A DNA stretch of 64,000 nucleotides, from positions 73,023-137,022 of the forward strand of contig JBKJIT010000003.1 in assembly GCA_046598345.1 (NCBI GenBank), given 5' to 3'. Under the pieces are notes generated by a model, which made no database searches, was not told where the DNA came from, and was given only the letters and a program-made list of their open reading frames with translations. Shown here one piece after another: positions 17,295-27,553 of this stretch. This DNA comes from Minisyncoccia bacterium (lineage in GTDB: Bacteria > Patescibacteriota > Minisyncoccia > Phycocordibacterales > UBA918). The number at the start of each line of letters is the position of its first letter. The first letter of the stretch is position 1. The position numbers and the translations under genes are program-made.

Positions 17295-17666
17295 CTATTC
17301 AAGGGAAGATTTGAGCTCTGCATCAATCGATGTGAGATCAGAATCAAACGAGTCGAGGTTGGTGCTCATGACGTCTGCTTCAATGGCATTCATCTCATCT
17401 GAAGAGCTCATCGTGCCAAAGATTTGCATGTCGGCTACAGCTCTGGGTGTTTCAGGTTCGTTGTTCTCGATGTTTCGGAAATCATCTACGAGCGGTTCGT
17501 CTTGAACGAGAACTGAACCCCACAGCCACAGCCCCATAGCTACCAAGACGAGGAGAATGAGAAGAATACCAAGAATAGGTCCGAGGTGTGCATGGGTACC
17601 TGTTTGCGTAGCACGAATTGCTTGAGGGGTGATCGGGGATGTTTCTTGTGTTGGTTTTTCATTCAT
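17295..17666 (-). CDS. Hypothetical single-pass membrane protein
   Basis: One strong TM helix (ILGILLILLVLVAMGLWLWG) and an acidic C-terminus. Confidence 0.4.
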   Translation of the reverse strand: MNEKPTQETSPITPQAIRATQTGTHAHLGPILGILLILLVLVAMGLWLWGSVLVQDEPLVDDFRNIENNEPETPRAVADMQIFGTMSSSDEMNAIEADVMSTNLDSFDSDLTSIDAELKSSLE

Positions 17667-17678
17667 AGATATGCAAAG

Positions 17679-18269
17679 TTATTGTGGAGTGGTGACTCCT
17701 GCCCCTGCTCCGTTTTCAGTCGTAGCTTTCATCGGCGCTTTCTTAAGAAGAACGAGGGTGGACTTAAGGTATGTGTGTGCATCTCGAAGTGCTTCGCGTA
17801 CAACGACATATTGTGTGCGTGCACTCACAAATGCTTCCTTTGGGTTTTCTGCGGTAGCTGCCTGAACCGTTGTTGTGTCGAGAGTACTAAGGATAGTATT
17901 TGCTCGCTCTAGCGAATCCTTTGCTGTGGCGAGTGCCGCTTCAGCTTCGGTCGTGTCCACGCCACTATTTTTTAGAATTATGATTCGTGTATCAAAGCGG
18001 GTAGTGATCTGCGTAAGGCGATTGGTCGCTGCTTGCATCTTCCCAATAAGATTACGAGCGAGATTGATGATGCGGTTCTGTGTCTCTCCATTCAAGAGAG
18101 AACGGTTTTCGGAGGCGGGAGAGACGCTAGTTCCTTGCACAGCCTCTTCTGCAAGAACACGATTTGAAATTGCGAGCACCATGCTCACCACAGCGAGGGC
18201 GAGATACACATACTGCATTTTCCGGAGCGTAACTTTAACGCTTCGCCCTTTCACCGATTGTCTACTCAT
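17679..18269 (-). CDS. Hypothetical secreted/coiled-coil protein
   Basis: A signal-like N-terminus follows the internal Met. The 5' extension of the ORF would overlap ppa, so an internal start at about 18269 (or 18284/18218) was chosen. Confidence 0.4.
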   Translation of the reverse strand: MSRQSVKGRSVKVTLRKMQYVYLALAVVSMVLAISNRVLAEEAVQGTSVSPASENRSLLNGETQNRIINLARNLIGKMQAATNRLTQITTRFDTRIIILKNSGVDTTEAEAALATAKDSLERANTILSTLDTTTVQAATAENPKEAFVSARTQYVVVREALRDAHTYLKSTLVLLKKAPMKATTENGAGAGVTTPQ

Positions 18270-18345
18270 AAACTCTGTTAGCATCCTTATAGTATAAAAC
18301 AACTCCGCCAGAAGGCGGAGTTGTTTGTGCACACGTATACAGGGC

Positions 18346-18870
18346 TTACTTCCCTGGATTTTCTTTATAGAGTGAGACACTTCGCTCAAAAGCCTCCTTT
18401 GCCTTAGAAACACCATGCCATTCACCCACCTGTACTTCTTTATTTTGCACCTTCTTGTATGTTTCAAAGAAGTGTGTCATTTCCTTCACAAAGTGTTTGT
18501 TGAGGTCCTCAATATCCTTCACGTCATTAAAACGTGGGTCGTCAACGGGAACGGCGACAATCTTGTCGTCACGATCTCCACCATCAATCATTTCCATAAT
18601 TGCTACTGGGCGTGCTTTTACTAGAATGCCCGGAAGAAGGGGGTAGGTCGTGAGTAGTACGATGTCGAGTGCATCACCGTCATCAAACAGAGTCTGCGGT
18701 ACAAACCCGTAATCAAACGGATAGTCCTGCGAAGTGTGCATGACGCGATCGAGGGCGATAATGCCAGTCGCTTTATCAATCTCGTACTTATTCTTTGAGA
18801 ACTTTGGAATCTCAATGATGACATTCATTTCATCAGCGGTTCCGGGTGCGATATCGTGAAGTAGATTCAT
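18346..18870 (-). CDS. ppa: Inorganic pyrophosphatase (family I)
   Basis: IEIPKFSKNKYEID...DGDALD...DDPRF motifs. The start was taken at MNLLHD, to avoid overlapping nusA. Confidence 0.88.
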   Translation of the reverse strand: MNLLHDIAPGTADEMNVIIEIPKFSKNKYEIDKATGIIALDRVMHTSQDYPFDYGFVPQTLFDDGDALDIVLLTTYPLLPGILVKARPVAIMEMIDGGDRDDKIVAVPVDDPRFNDVKDIEDLNKHFVKEMTHFFETYKKVQNKEVQVGEWHGVSKAKEAFERSVSLYKENPGK

Positions 18871-18895
18871 AGTATTTTTGTTCAATGATAAATTA

Positions 18896-20161
18896 CTATT
18901 CCTTATCCTTAGTATCTTCCTCAACTGTAACCGCCGGAGCTGCCTCTTCGGTTGCTACCGGTGCCTTTTCAACTTCCTCTGATTCCTGCTTTGCAGAGAC
19001 AATATCAATCTTCCATCCAGTGAGCTTTGCGGCGAGGCGTACGTTCTGGCCTCCGCGTCCAATCGCGAGTGACTGTTGATCGGGAGCAACCATGACCGTT
19101 GAGCGACCGCGAGCTTCGTTACTCCCTTCTGTGGTCTCAATTGTTACCTTCATGACCTGGGCTGGGGAAAGCGCATCCTCAATAAATTCTGCCGCATCCT
19201 CAGACCATTCGATGATGTCGATTTTCTCGCCACCGAGTTCGCTCATCACCGTTGAAACGCGCACACCGCGCTGTCCGACGAGTGACCCAACAGGATCGAT
19301 GTGATCATCGGTTGAGAACACCGCAATCTTTGAACGTGAACCTGCTTCACGTGCGATCGCCTTTACGAGCACCGTACTGCTTTGAAGCTCAGGTGTTTCA
19401 ATCGCAAAGAGCTTCTCGAGGAAATTAGGGTGTGCTCGTGAGAGTTTAAGGAAAATTCCTCGTGGTGTCTCGTCTACTGAGACGAGAAGTGCGCGAATAC
19501 GTTCTCCTGGTCGGAATCGTTCGCCGGGGATCTGCTCATCGTACGGCATAACACCGGTTACGCGACCAAGGTCGATGTAGAGATTGCCACGTTCAAATCG
19601 CTGGACATGTCCCACCACAATATCGCCTTCTTTTTGTCCGAATTCAGAGAGTGCCGATTCTTTTTCTGCCTCACGAATTTTTTGGATAATAACTTGCTTT
19701 GCGGTTTGTGCTGCAATACGTCCGAAATCATCCTTTGGTTCAAGTGGAAAGATGAGTTCTTCGCTCAGCGCAACGTCACGCTTAATGAGGCGCGCATTTT
19801 CAATGAGGATGTGCTTCTCAGGATCAAAACGTACACGGGTGTCCCCGTCTTCACGCACCGGCTCTACTTCTTCACGTGTAAATTTGCCACGTCCCTTTGT
19901 TTCGTCCTCCTCAGGAAGCTCTTCAACCGGATCTTCTACACGGGCTGTCGTTTCATCAACGACAATCTTTACCTGGTCAAATGTCGTTACTCCAGAGTTA
20001 ATATCAAAACGCGCTCGGACAATCTGTCCGCGCTTTCCGAATTCTTTTTTATATGCGGTTGCAAGCGCCTGCTCAATCGCATCGATCATTTTTTCACGAC
20101 CGATACCGCGCTCGTCTTCCATTTGGTCTAGGACCGAATTTATTACCTTTAAATCAAACAT
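18896..20161 (-). CDS. nusA: Transcription termination/antitermination protein NusA
   Basis: N-terminal NusA domain (LDQMEDERGIGREKMIDAIEQALATAYKK), an S1 domain and two KH domains. Confidence 0.9.
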   Translation of the reverse strand: MFDLKVINSVLDQMEDERGIGREKMIDAIEQALATAYKKEFGKRGQIVRARFDINSGVTTFDQVKIVVDETTARVEDPVEELPEEDETKGRGKFTREEVEPVREDGDTRVRFDPEKHILIENARLIKRDVALSEELIFPLEPKDDFGRIAAQTAKQVIIQKIREAEKESALSEFGQKEGDIVVGHVQRFERGNLYIDLGRVTGVMPYDEQIPGERFRPGERIRALLVSVDETPRGIFLKLSRAHPNFLEKLFAIETPELQSSTVLVKAIAREAGSRSKIAVFSTDDHIDPVGSLVGQRGVRVSTVMSELGGEKIDIIEWSEDAAEFIEDALSPAQVMKVTIETTEGSNEARGRSTVMVAPDQQSLAIGRGGQNVRLAAKLTGWKIDIVSAKQESEEVEKAPVATEEAAPAVTVEEDTKDKE

Positions 20162-20454
20162 ATCAGTGAGCAGTTTTTGAAAAATTGACGAATTTCTTTG
20201 TCGAAACGGCGATTTTCTCCTTCATCGTACATGTGTACGCCTCAGTCGTAAATCTTGTTTCTTCGCGAACTTCATTCAATTCTTCAAAACTGCGTGTGGG
20301 GTATTCCCCATTAACAATTTTTGTAAATCTCCTTATTTTTAACAAAAAAATGCCGGCCGCATGTGGCCGACGTTCAGTCATTAATGACGAGTATACGTGA
20401 ATTTATGAAGTTGTCAAAACATGTCGTTTCGGGGTCTTTTTTTAGTTTTTACTC

Positions 20455-21456
20455 CTAGCCCTTTAAAAGATGTTGGTGTTCAGCTAAATATTTTTCCATC
20501 GCAGTCATTCCGTGCTCGTTATTATTTTTATGCCAATGTCTAAAGCGTGTGCAGTATGAAATGATAACGCCTGCATGAAGAAGCTGTGCATTGTAGCCTT
20601 CTTCCTTAAAATAGCCTTGAAGTAATTGTTCCCACGCAATAGCAGGATGTCTACCCTCAATAAGCTTTACCATGCATCTCCCGATGTCGATGTATCGAGT
20701 ATTAAATCTTGGGATAGGGTCAAATATCGTAATTGGATTCGTTGCAAAAATATTACCCACTCCGAGATCATCGTGACAATAACTGCTGTGCTCCTCTCCT
20801 TTGGTGAGATTTGTAAGAATCTCAATACTTTTTTCCAAGTCAGTGTGACTAAGTGCATTATGTTCCCGCGCGTATCTTAATTGAGATCCAGTCCGTCCGT
20901 TCAAGAGCCACTCAGATAAGGTTGTATACTCGGCTTTTCCATTCACTACGCTCCCGTACCCTTTTCCATGCGGTTCGTGCATCTTCCGAAGCGTCTCTCC
21001 GACCTCTTTGTGTACTTCTTTTTGAATCAACTCTGGAGGGGTAAAACGATCTCGTAGTCTCGGCGCATCAATGTAGTTCATGAGTATATACGGGTGGCTA
21101 TCAATCACACCAGTTTCCTCTACGTGCGGTACGGAAACTCCGGCTTCCTCCCATACCCGCAAGAATTCTGCCTCACCGTCAGTCCAGTTACGGATGAGAG
21201 GAATTTTAAGTACATGTTTTTCTCCCGCTGCATCGAGAACACTGACGAGAGAGGCCATTCCCGTATCAAAAAACGAGACAGAGACCTTTCCCGCGCCTTG
21301 AAATAAGGGGTGTTTTTTTAGAAATGTTTCCTGGTGGTGCACGAGCGAAATGCGCCGCTCATTTTCCGCATCATCAGCTTTATTAAGAGACAGCTTTGGA
21401 GTATTGAGAAACACTATTTCAGGCTCCTTCTCAAAAGATTTGAATTCAAATGACAT
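20455..21456 (-). CDS. Phosphotransferase (APH/choline-kinase-like protein kinase fold)
   Basis: Catalytic-loop motif HDDLGVGNI and a downstream IFDPIPRF. This fits the aminoglycoside phosphotransferase/kinase-like family. The start was chosen at MSFEFK. Confidence 0.55.
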   Translation of the reverse strand: MSFEFKSFEKEPEIVFLNTPKLSLNKADDAENERRISLVHHQETFLKKHPLFQGAGKVSVSFFDTGMASLVSVLDAAGEKHVLKIPLIRNWTDGEAEFLRVWEEAGVSVPHVEETGVIDSHPYILMNYIDAPRLRDRFTPPELIQKEVHKEVGETLRKMHEPHGKGYGSVVNGKAEYTTLSEWLLNGRTGSQLRYAREHNALSHTDLEKSIEILTNLTKGEEHSSYCHDDLGVGNIFATNPITIFDPIPRFNTRYIDIGRCMVKLIEGRHPAIAWEQLLQGYFKEEGYNAQLLHAGVIISYCTRFRHWHKNNNEHGMTAMEKYLAEHQHLLKG

Positions 21457-21552
21457 GTTTCGAGTATACCAAGAAAAAAGTACTCCTTTATATACATGGA
21501 TCGCGCGAAGTTTAATGGGTGTGAATGATATACTGAGTGTGTAATCTGCTCT

Positions 21553-23322
21553 TTGGAGCTTTTTGGAACTGTGCGAATACAAGATGCACAATTAAAGCGC
21601 TTTGTTCTTGATTCAGGGCTTGTGACCCGGAAGGATATTGAGTCTGCCGAGCGAGTTGCGCTCGAAGAAAAGCGTTCACTCTCCGAAGCACTCGTCTCCT
21701 CTGGTGCAATGACCGAGGACGATCTGAGGCGTGTTGAGTCGTACGTACTCGGTGTGCCATTCGTGGCTCTCAAGAATGTAAAGATTGATTTCGCAATTCT
21801 CTCGCTCATTCCGGAGCCAATCGCGCGCAATCATAATATTGTTGCGTACAAAAAGGGGGAAGGGTCGCTCGAGGTTGCGATGCTCGATACTGCCGATCTT
21901 TCGGCGATCGATTTTGTGAAAAAGAAAGTGGGCCTTAAGATTTTGCCCCGCCTCACAGATACTGAATCCATGAGGAGCGTACTCATGCAGTATCAGAAGA
22001 CACTCAAGGATGAGTTCGGAGACATCATTATGAAAGAGACCTTGGCACTCAAGGTACTTAAGGAAGAGGGGGCAGATGACATGTCGGAGAAGGATCTGAA
22101 GAAAATGGCAGAAGATCTCCCAGTTGTGCGAATTGTCGATACACTCCTCCGTCACGCAATCATTCAAGGAGCGTCAGATATCCATATTGAACCAATGGAG
22201 AATGAGCTTCTCGTGCGGTATCGTATTGACGGTATTCTCCACGACGCGATGTCGCTCCCTAAGCATGCAGCACCAACTATTTCCGCGCGCATTAAGGTGC
22301 TTTCGAATTTGAAGCTTGATGAAAAGCGTTTGCCGCAGGATGGTCGCTTTAAGATGGAGATGGAGAGTCAGAAGGTCTCATTCCGTGTTTCCATTTTGCC
22401 TATCTTCTACGGAGAAAAGATTGTGATGCGTCTCCTCAGGGAGGGTCGCTCGGGCTTTACGCTCGAAGGATTGGGTTTCCATGGACAGGCGCTCGAAGGT
22501 TTGCACTCTGCAACGAAGCAAACGACTGGAATTATTCTTGTTACGGGGCCTACAGGTTCAGGAAAGACGACGACCCTGTACACAGTGCTCGATATTTTAA
22601 ATACGCCGGAGGTTAACATTTCGACGATTGAAGATCCGGTGGAATATCAAATGCCGCGCGTGAACCAAACGCAGGTAAAGCCGGATATTGGGTTTAGTTT
22701 TGCGAATGGACTCCGCTCTCTTATGCGTCAGGATCCAGACATTATCATGGTAGGAGAGATTCGTGACCAAGAGACAGCGTCCCTCGCCATCAATGCGGCT
22801 TTGACCGGACACCTCGTACTTGCGACAGTGCACACCAACTCCGCCTCAGCGACAGTAGCTCGTCTCGTCGATATGGGAGTTGAGACTTTCCTCCTGGTAT
22901 CAACCCTCAAGGTGGCGGTGGGGCAGCGACTCGTGAGAAGACTCACGGATACGAAGGAAGCCTACACGCTTTCCTCAAATGAAAAAGCAGATATTGAGAA
23001 ATACGTAGATTTGGATCGAGTGCTTGAAGCCCTGAAGAAAGAGGGTGTCGTAAAGCCGGGGGCAACCTGGAATAGCATTCCGTTCTATCGCCCTAAAGTA
23101 AATAGTGAGACAGATAATGGGTACAAGAGTCGAATGGGAATTCATGAAGTGCTTCGCATGTCTCCAGCGCTCAAAGATTTGGTCATGGCGTCAGGGACGG
23201 CAGACGCGATCGAAGCACAGGCTCGCAAAGAGGGAATGCTCACTATGATTGAAGATGGGATTTACAAGGCTGCATTGGGACAGACGAGTGTGGAGGAGGT
23301 CCTTCGCGTTATTTCAGAATAA
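21553..23322 (+). CDS. pilB: Type IV pilus assembly ATPase PilB / GspE
   Basis: N-terminal GspII-like domain, Walker A GPTGSGKTTT, plus Asp and His boxes. Confidence 0.9.
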   Translation: MELFGTVRIQDAQLKRFVLDSGLVTRKDIESAERVALEEKRSLSEALVSSGAMTEDDLRRVESYVLGVPFVALKNVKIDFAILSLIPEPIARNHNIVAYKKGEGSLEVAMLDTADLSAIDFVKKKVGLKILPRLTDTESMRSVLMQYQKTLKDEFGDIIMKETLALKVLKEEGADDMSEKDLKKMAEDLPVVRIVDTLLRHAIIQGASDIHIEPMENELLVRYRIDGILHDAMSLPKHAAPTISARIKVLSNLKLDEKRLPQDGRFKMEMESQKVSFRVSILPIFYGEKIVMRLLREGRSGFTLEGLGFHGQALEGLHSATKQTTGIILVTGPTGSGKTTTLYTVLDILNTPEVNISTIEDPVEYQMPRVNQTQVKPDIGFSFANGLRSLMRQDPDIIMVGEIRDQETASLAINAALTGHLVLATVHTNSASATVARLVDMGVETFLLVSTLKVAVGQRLVRRLTDTKEAYTLSSNEKADIEKYVDLDRVLEALKKEGVVKPGATWNSIPFYRPKVNSETDNGYKSRMGIHEVLRMSPALKDLVMASGTADAIEAQARKEGMLTMIEDGIYKAALGQTSVEEVLRVISE

Positions 23323-23324
23323 AT

Positions 23325-24551
23325 ATGGCAGAATTTAAATACAAAGGTGTGGCAGCAAATGGGGAAGCGGTAACAATGACCGTTGAAGCGGCTGATCGGT
23401 ATGCAGTGTACGCAATCGCGCGCACGAACGGTCATGTGGTGAAATCAGTAGATGCGGTAGGCAAGTTTTCTCTTGGGAAACTCCTCAATATGGAGAAGCT
23501 CAACTACTTCCTCTCTCGCATCAAGGCGGATGAACTCGTGATGCTCACCCGCAATCTTGCTTCGATGCTCACGGCAGGGCTTCCATTAACGCGTGCCCTC
23601 TCTGTCATCGAGCGCCAAACCAAGAATCAGCGACTCATCACCGTGATGAAAAGCGTTAGGGAGAGTCTTAATAAAGGAGATCAATTTAATCTCGCCCTTA
23701 GCGTTTTCCCTGAAACATTTTCTCCGCTCTATGTTGCGATGGTGCGCGCGGGTGAAGAAAGTGGAGGACTCGCGCCCGCGCTCAAAACGATTGCGCTCCA
23801 GCTTGAACGATCATCAAGTCTTAAAAAGAAAATTAAGGGTGCGATGATCTATCCCGCAATCGTGGTTTCGGTGATGTGTATCATTGGAGTGCTTATGATG
23901 ATTTATGTGGTGCCAACGCTCACGGAAACATTTACGAAGCTTGGCACCGAACTGCCTGCGACAACGAGAATCTTGATCGGGACGAGCGACGTGCTTTCAA
24001 ACTACGGCATCTTCGTACTTCTTGGGTTCATTGCGCTTGTTTCAGGGTTCGTTTCTGGCGCAAAGACAAAGCCTGGGAAGCAGATTCTCCACTACGTCAT
24101 TATCCGAATTCCTGTGATTGGAAATCTAGTAAAGCAGACGAACTCGGCATATACCGCGCGTACGCTATCGTCCCTCCTCTCCTCGGGCGTAGACGTGCTT
24201 GGCGCAATCAGGATTACTGAGGATGTGCTTCAAAATGTGTACTACAAAGCGATTCTACGGGAGGCGGGAGAGAAGGTGGAAAAGGGAAGCCCACTCTCTG
24301 AAACATTTGTTGCGCATGACGATCTCTACCCACTCCTCGTGGGAGAAATGATTTCTGTGGGAGAAGAGACAGGTCAAATTTCAGGCATGCTCACCGAAGT
24401 CGCAACATTTTATGAAACAGAAGTAGAACAAAAGACAAAGGATCTCTCTACCATCATTGAGCCAATTCTAATGGTCGTGATTGGAGGTGTGGTGGGATTC
24501 TTTGCGCTCGCGATGATCGCACCGATTTACTCTATTTCAGATTCAATATAG
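23325..24551 (+). CDS. pilC: Type IV pilus platform protein PilC / GspF
   Basis: Two T2SS-F repeats and three TM segments. Immediately downstream of pilB. Confidence 0.88.
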   Translation: MAEFKYKGVAANGEAVTMTVEAADRYAVYAIARTNGHVVKSVDAVGKFSLGKLLNMEKLNYFLSRIKADELVMLTRNLASMLTAGLPLTRALSVIERQTKNQRLITVMKSVRESLNKGDQFNLALSVFPETFSPLYVAMVRAGEESGGLAPALKTIALQLERSSSLKKKIKGAMIYPAIVVSVMCIIGVLMMIYVVPTLTETFTKLGTELPATTRILIGTSDVLSNYGIFVLLGFIALVSGFVSGAKTKPGKQILHYVIIRIPVIGNLVKQTNSAYTARTLSSLLSSGVDVLGAIRITEDVLQNVYYKAILREAGEKVEKGSPLSETFVAHDDLYPLLVGEMISVGEETGQISGMLTEVATFYETEVEQKTKDLSTIIEPILMVVIGGVVGFFALAMIAPIYSISDSI

Positions 24552-24555
24552 TTCT

Positions 24556-25017
24556 ATGGAATTGTATTCGAACAGAGAGGCAGGATTCACACTTGCTGAA
24601 ATTGTTGTGGTCGTGGCCATAATCGCAATTATGGCCACGGTAACTATGGTGGGGTTTCAGAACTTTAATCGGAGTGCAGTTTTAAAGACGGCGACCCAAG
24701 AAGTATCGGTCGCACTTACGAGCGCACGAACAAGTACCCTTTCTTCTGAAGCCGACACCGTCTATGGAGTGCATATGAGTACGACATCTGTTACTAAGTT
24801 TGTGGGAAGCACCTACGCTGCCGGCGCTTCCACCAATGAAACGTACACCTTTGAAGGGGGGGTAACCGCCACTAGTTCCTTAATTGCGACTAATACCGAT
24901 GTGGTTTTTGCGCGCCTCACGGGGGAACCGTCAGCTGTAGGGACTATCTATATAGTGAATAGCGCACTGGATTCCACCACAACTGTCACAATTCATGCCT
25001 CAGGGCTGGTAGAGTAG
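24556..25017 (+). CDS. Prepilin-type (class III signal) pilin/pseudopilin
   Basis: The N-terminus has G|FTLAEIVVVVAIIAIMATV, with E at +5. Confidence 0.8.
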   Translation: MELYSNREAGFTLAEIVVVVAIIAIMATVTMVGFQNFNRSAVLKTATQEVSVALTSARTSTLSSEADTVYGVHMSTTSVTKFVGSTYAAGASTNETYTFEGGVTATSSLIATNTDVVFARLTGEPSAVGTIYIVNSALDSTTTVTIHASGLVE

Positions 25018-25024
25018 TAGAAGT

Positions 25025-25513
25025 ATGCACATGAGATTACATAGTAGACGGCGAGGATTCACTGCACTTGAAACTGCAATTGGTGTGAGTCTTGTGGCAC
25101 TTGTGCTTACATTTGTAATGACAACCGTAGCGCAATTTATTAATACAGGAAGGACAACAACACAAAAGACACAAGCGCTCTACCTAGCGGAAGAGACACT
25201 TGAGCTGGTGCGATTTGTTCGAGATGTGTCATGGACCAATATCAGTTCGCTCACAAATGGCACCACCTACTACATTAGAGTAGCGAGCGGTGCAGTGAGT
25301 GTGACGACGACCCCGCAGATCGCTGCAGGCTTCACCCGATCCTTCGTGATCTCAAATGTGTACCGGAACGCAACGACCGATGATATTGTCGCGAGTACGA
25401 CGGGAGGAAGCGTGGCTGACACAAGTACGAAGTATGTAACTGCACGGGTAGTGGGTGGAAATCCTACTTCAACAGTTTCGTTAACCACTATCATCGCTGA
25501 TCTAGATCCATGA
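25025..25513 (+). CDS. Prepilin-type minor pilin
   Basis: RRG|FTALETAIGVSLVALVL, with E at +5. Confidence 0.75.
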   Translation: MHMRLHSRRRGFTALETAIGVSLVALVLTFVMTTVAQFINTGRTTTQKTQALYLAEETLELVRFVRDVSWTNISSLTNGTTYYIRVASGAVSVTTTPQIAAGFTRSFVISNVYRNATTDDIVASTTGGSVADTSTKYVTARVVGGNPTSTVSLTTIIADLDP

Positions 25514-26037
25514 GTTCCTTCTTTAAAAAACAGCAGGTAGGAAGCCGTGGGTTTTCACTCATTGAAATCCTTATTTATCTTGCGATCACTGTCATGGTGT
25601 CCCTTGCAGGGGTTACGACATTTCTCTCTCTCGATACCGTACTTCTTCGAAATCAAACCGAGAGAGTCTTAACAAGAGCAGCGACCGTGAGCTTGGATCG
25701 ACTCCTCCATGATATTCGGGAAGCGGACGCAGTGAATACAGGACTGAGTACACTTGATGTGTCGAATGGTGTACTTGCTCTCACGAACACACCTACGACT
25801 ACTACATTTGCAATTTCGGGAGGTAATCTCGTCGTCAGCGTGAATGGGGTAGAACTCGGGCCACTCACTGGAGATGACGTGGTGGTTCAAGATGTTGTCT
25901 TCTCTCGCTATGTGAGTGGAGGAGCGACGAGCACTGAGCTTGTCCGTGTCGCCCTAACGCTCAGCGCATCCTCAAAAGCAGCATCGTCAACCAAGACATT
26001 TTATACAAGTGCGGTACTTCGCGGTTCATATGAATAA
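25510..26037 (+). CDS. Prepilin-type minor pilin
   Basis: SRG|FSLIEILIYLAITVMV, with E at +5. Confidence 0.75.
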   Translation: MSSFFKKQQVGSRGFSLIEILIYLAITVMVSLAGVTTFLSLDTVLLRNQTERVLTRAATVSLDRLLHDIREADAVNTGLSTLDVSNGVLALTNTPTTTTFAISGGNLVVSVNGVELGPLTGDDVVVQDVVFSRYVSGGATSTELVRVALTLSASSKAASSTKTFYTSAVLRGSYE

Positions 26038-27349
26038 TCGTAACAACAATCAGAGCCGAGGTGCCGCACTCATGCTGTTTGTTATTTTCTTTATTATTGG
26101 AAGCACGGTTTTGGTTCTCGGTATCACGCGAGGGGTGTACGAAGATTTAGTGGGGTATAGGATTCGCGCGGCCTCGGTACAAGGTTTTTATGCCGCAGAG
26201 GCTGGCATTGAAGACGCGATTTATCGGCACCGGGATGGCCGCGCGTATTCAAATACAGAAACATTCGCAATGCAGGGAGCCACCACATCAGTGACGCGGA
26301 CGCTTGTGGTGGATAGCTTCGAAATTGTCTCCGTTGGTACGTACGGCGGTACGACCAAGCGTAGTGAACTTTGGCTCTCAGTGGGGGATGGGGCGGCATT
26401 TAGTTTTGGACTCCAGAGTGGAAACGGCGGCATTCTCATGAGTAATAGCACGAGTGTTATTGGGAATGTATTTTCGAATGGAACTGTTGAGGGGGCAGGG
26501 ACAGCAATCGTACGCGGAGACGTTATTTCTGCAGGACCCTCAGGGCTAGTGGATTCTATTCACGCAACAGGTTCGGTCTGGGCGCACACCATCGAAAATT
26601 CTGTCATTGATACGAATGCGTACTACTTTAGTACTTCAACCTTGATCGGGACGGTAGTGGGAGGGACGCAGTTCCCGGGAAATGAGGATGAGGCAACGGC
26701 GACAATGCCGATTTCCGACAGCATGATCGAAGATTGGAAGCAGGTGATTGAGGATACGGGAACGGTTATTTCAAGCGCATCGCCAGAATGTTTGAGTGGT
26801 ACCTATACGATAAACACAAACACGACACTGAATAACGTAAAGATTGAATGTAATGTCGATTTGAAAAAACAGGGTGCCTCTACGGTGGTTACCTTTGCGG
26901 GTCCTGTATGGATTGAAGGAAATCTGTCGTTTTCATCAGGACCGACAATTGTTGCGTCATCATCCTTGGGAACGAGAAGTGTACAAATTATTGTGGATGA
27001 CGAGGATAGTCACGCGACGGGAAGTAAGATTAGTGTTAACCAGTCGACCGTGTTTAGCTCTGGAAACGCGCAGTCATTTGTCCTCCTTATTTCAATGAAT
27101 ACTGATGCAGAAGACGGTGGCTCTGAGAAAGCGATAGATCTCGCACAGTCCGCGAGTGGGAAAGTGCTCGTCTACGCTTCGCATGGACGTGTTTCCTTGG
27201 GAAATAATATTTCACTGAAAGAGGTAACAGGGTACCAAATCGATATTTCAAATGGAGCAGAAGTGGTATATGAGAGTGGACTCATGAGTCTCCTCTTCAC
27301 GGGAGGTCCAGGTGGAGGGTATGCGATAAGTTCATGGCAGGAAATCTAG
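26030..27349 (+). CDS. PilX-like large minor pilin / putative pilus tip protein
   Basis: A hydrophobic N-terminal helix, followed by a FYAAEAGIEDAIY motif typical of the PilX N-terminal domain. The ATGAATAA start overlaps the upstream stop codon. Confidence 0.6.
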   Translation: MNNRNNNQSRGAALMLFVIFFIIGSTVLVLGITRGVYEDLVGYRIRAASVQGFYAAEAGIEDAIYRHRDGRAYSNTETFAMQGATTSVTRTLVVDSFEIVSVGTYGGTTKRSELWLSVGDGAAFSFGLQSGNGGILMSNSTSVIGNVFSNGTVEGAGTAIVRGDVISAGPSGLVDSIHATGSVWAHTIENSVIDTNAYYFSTSTLIGTVVGGTQFPGNEDEATATMPISDSMIEDWKQVIEDTGTVISSASPECLSGTYTINTNTTLNNVKIECNVDLKKQGASTVVTFAGPVWIEGNLSFSSGPTIVASSSLGTRSVQIIVDDEDSHATGSKISVNQSTVFSSGNAQSFVLLISMNTDAEDGGSEKAIDLAQSASGKVLVYASHGRVSLGNNISLKEVTGYQIDISNGAEVVYESGLMSLLFTGGPGGGYAISSWQEI

Positions 27350-27553
27350 CGTGTGGTCAAAAACCTCACATACTGCGTTAGACTTCGTTCAGAAAGACTC
27401 ATCGTATGTGAAATACGCCTCGCATTTCCTCTCTCGTGCGCCTTGTCTCTAAGGTATTTGACCACACGCTCGTGATTGTTAGTGACACTAAGAAACCCCA
27501 GCCCGAATAGATTAGATGCATGTCCACGTGTCCTCTGTTAGAATGGAATCATT

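Noticed and set aside
20163-20381. 72-aa ORF abutting the nusA start, where rimP would be expected
   Set aside because: It is too short and has no RimP motifs. It spans a GC hairpin and is more likely nusA leader.
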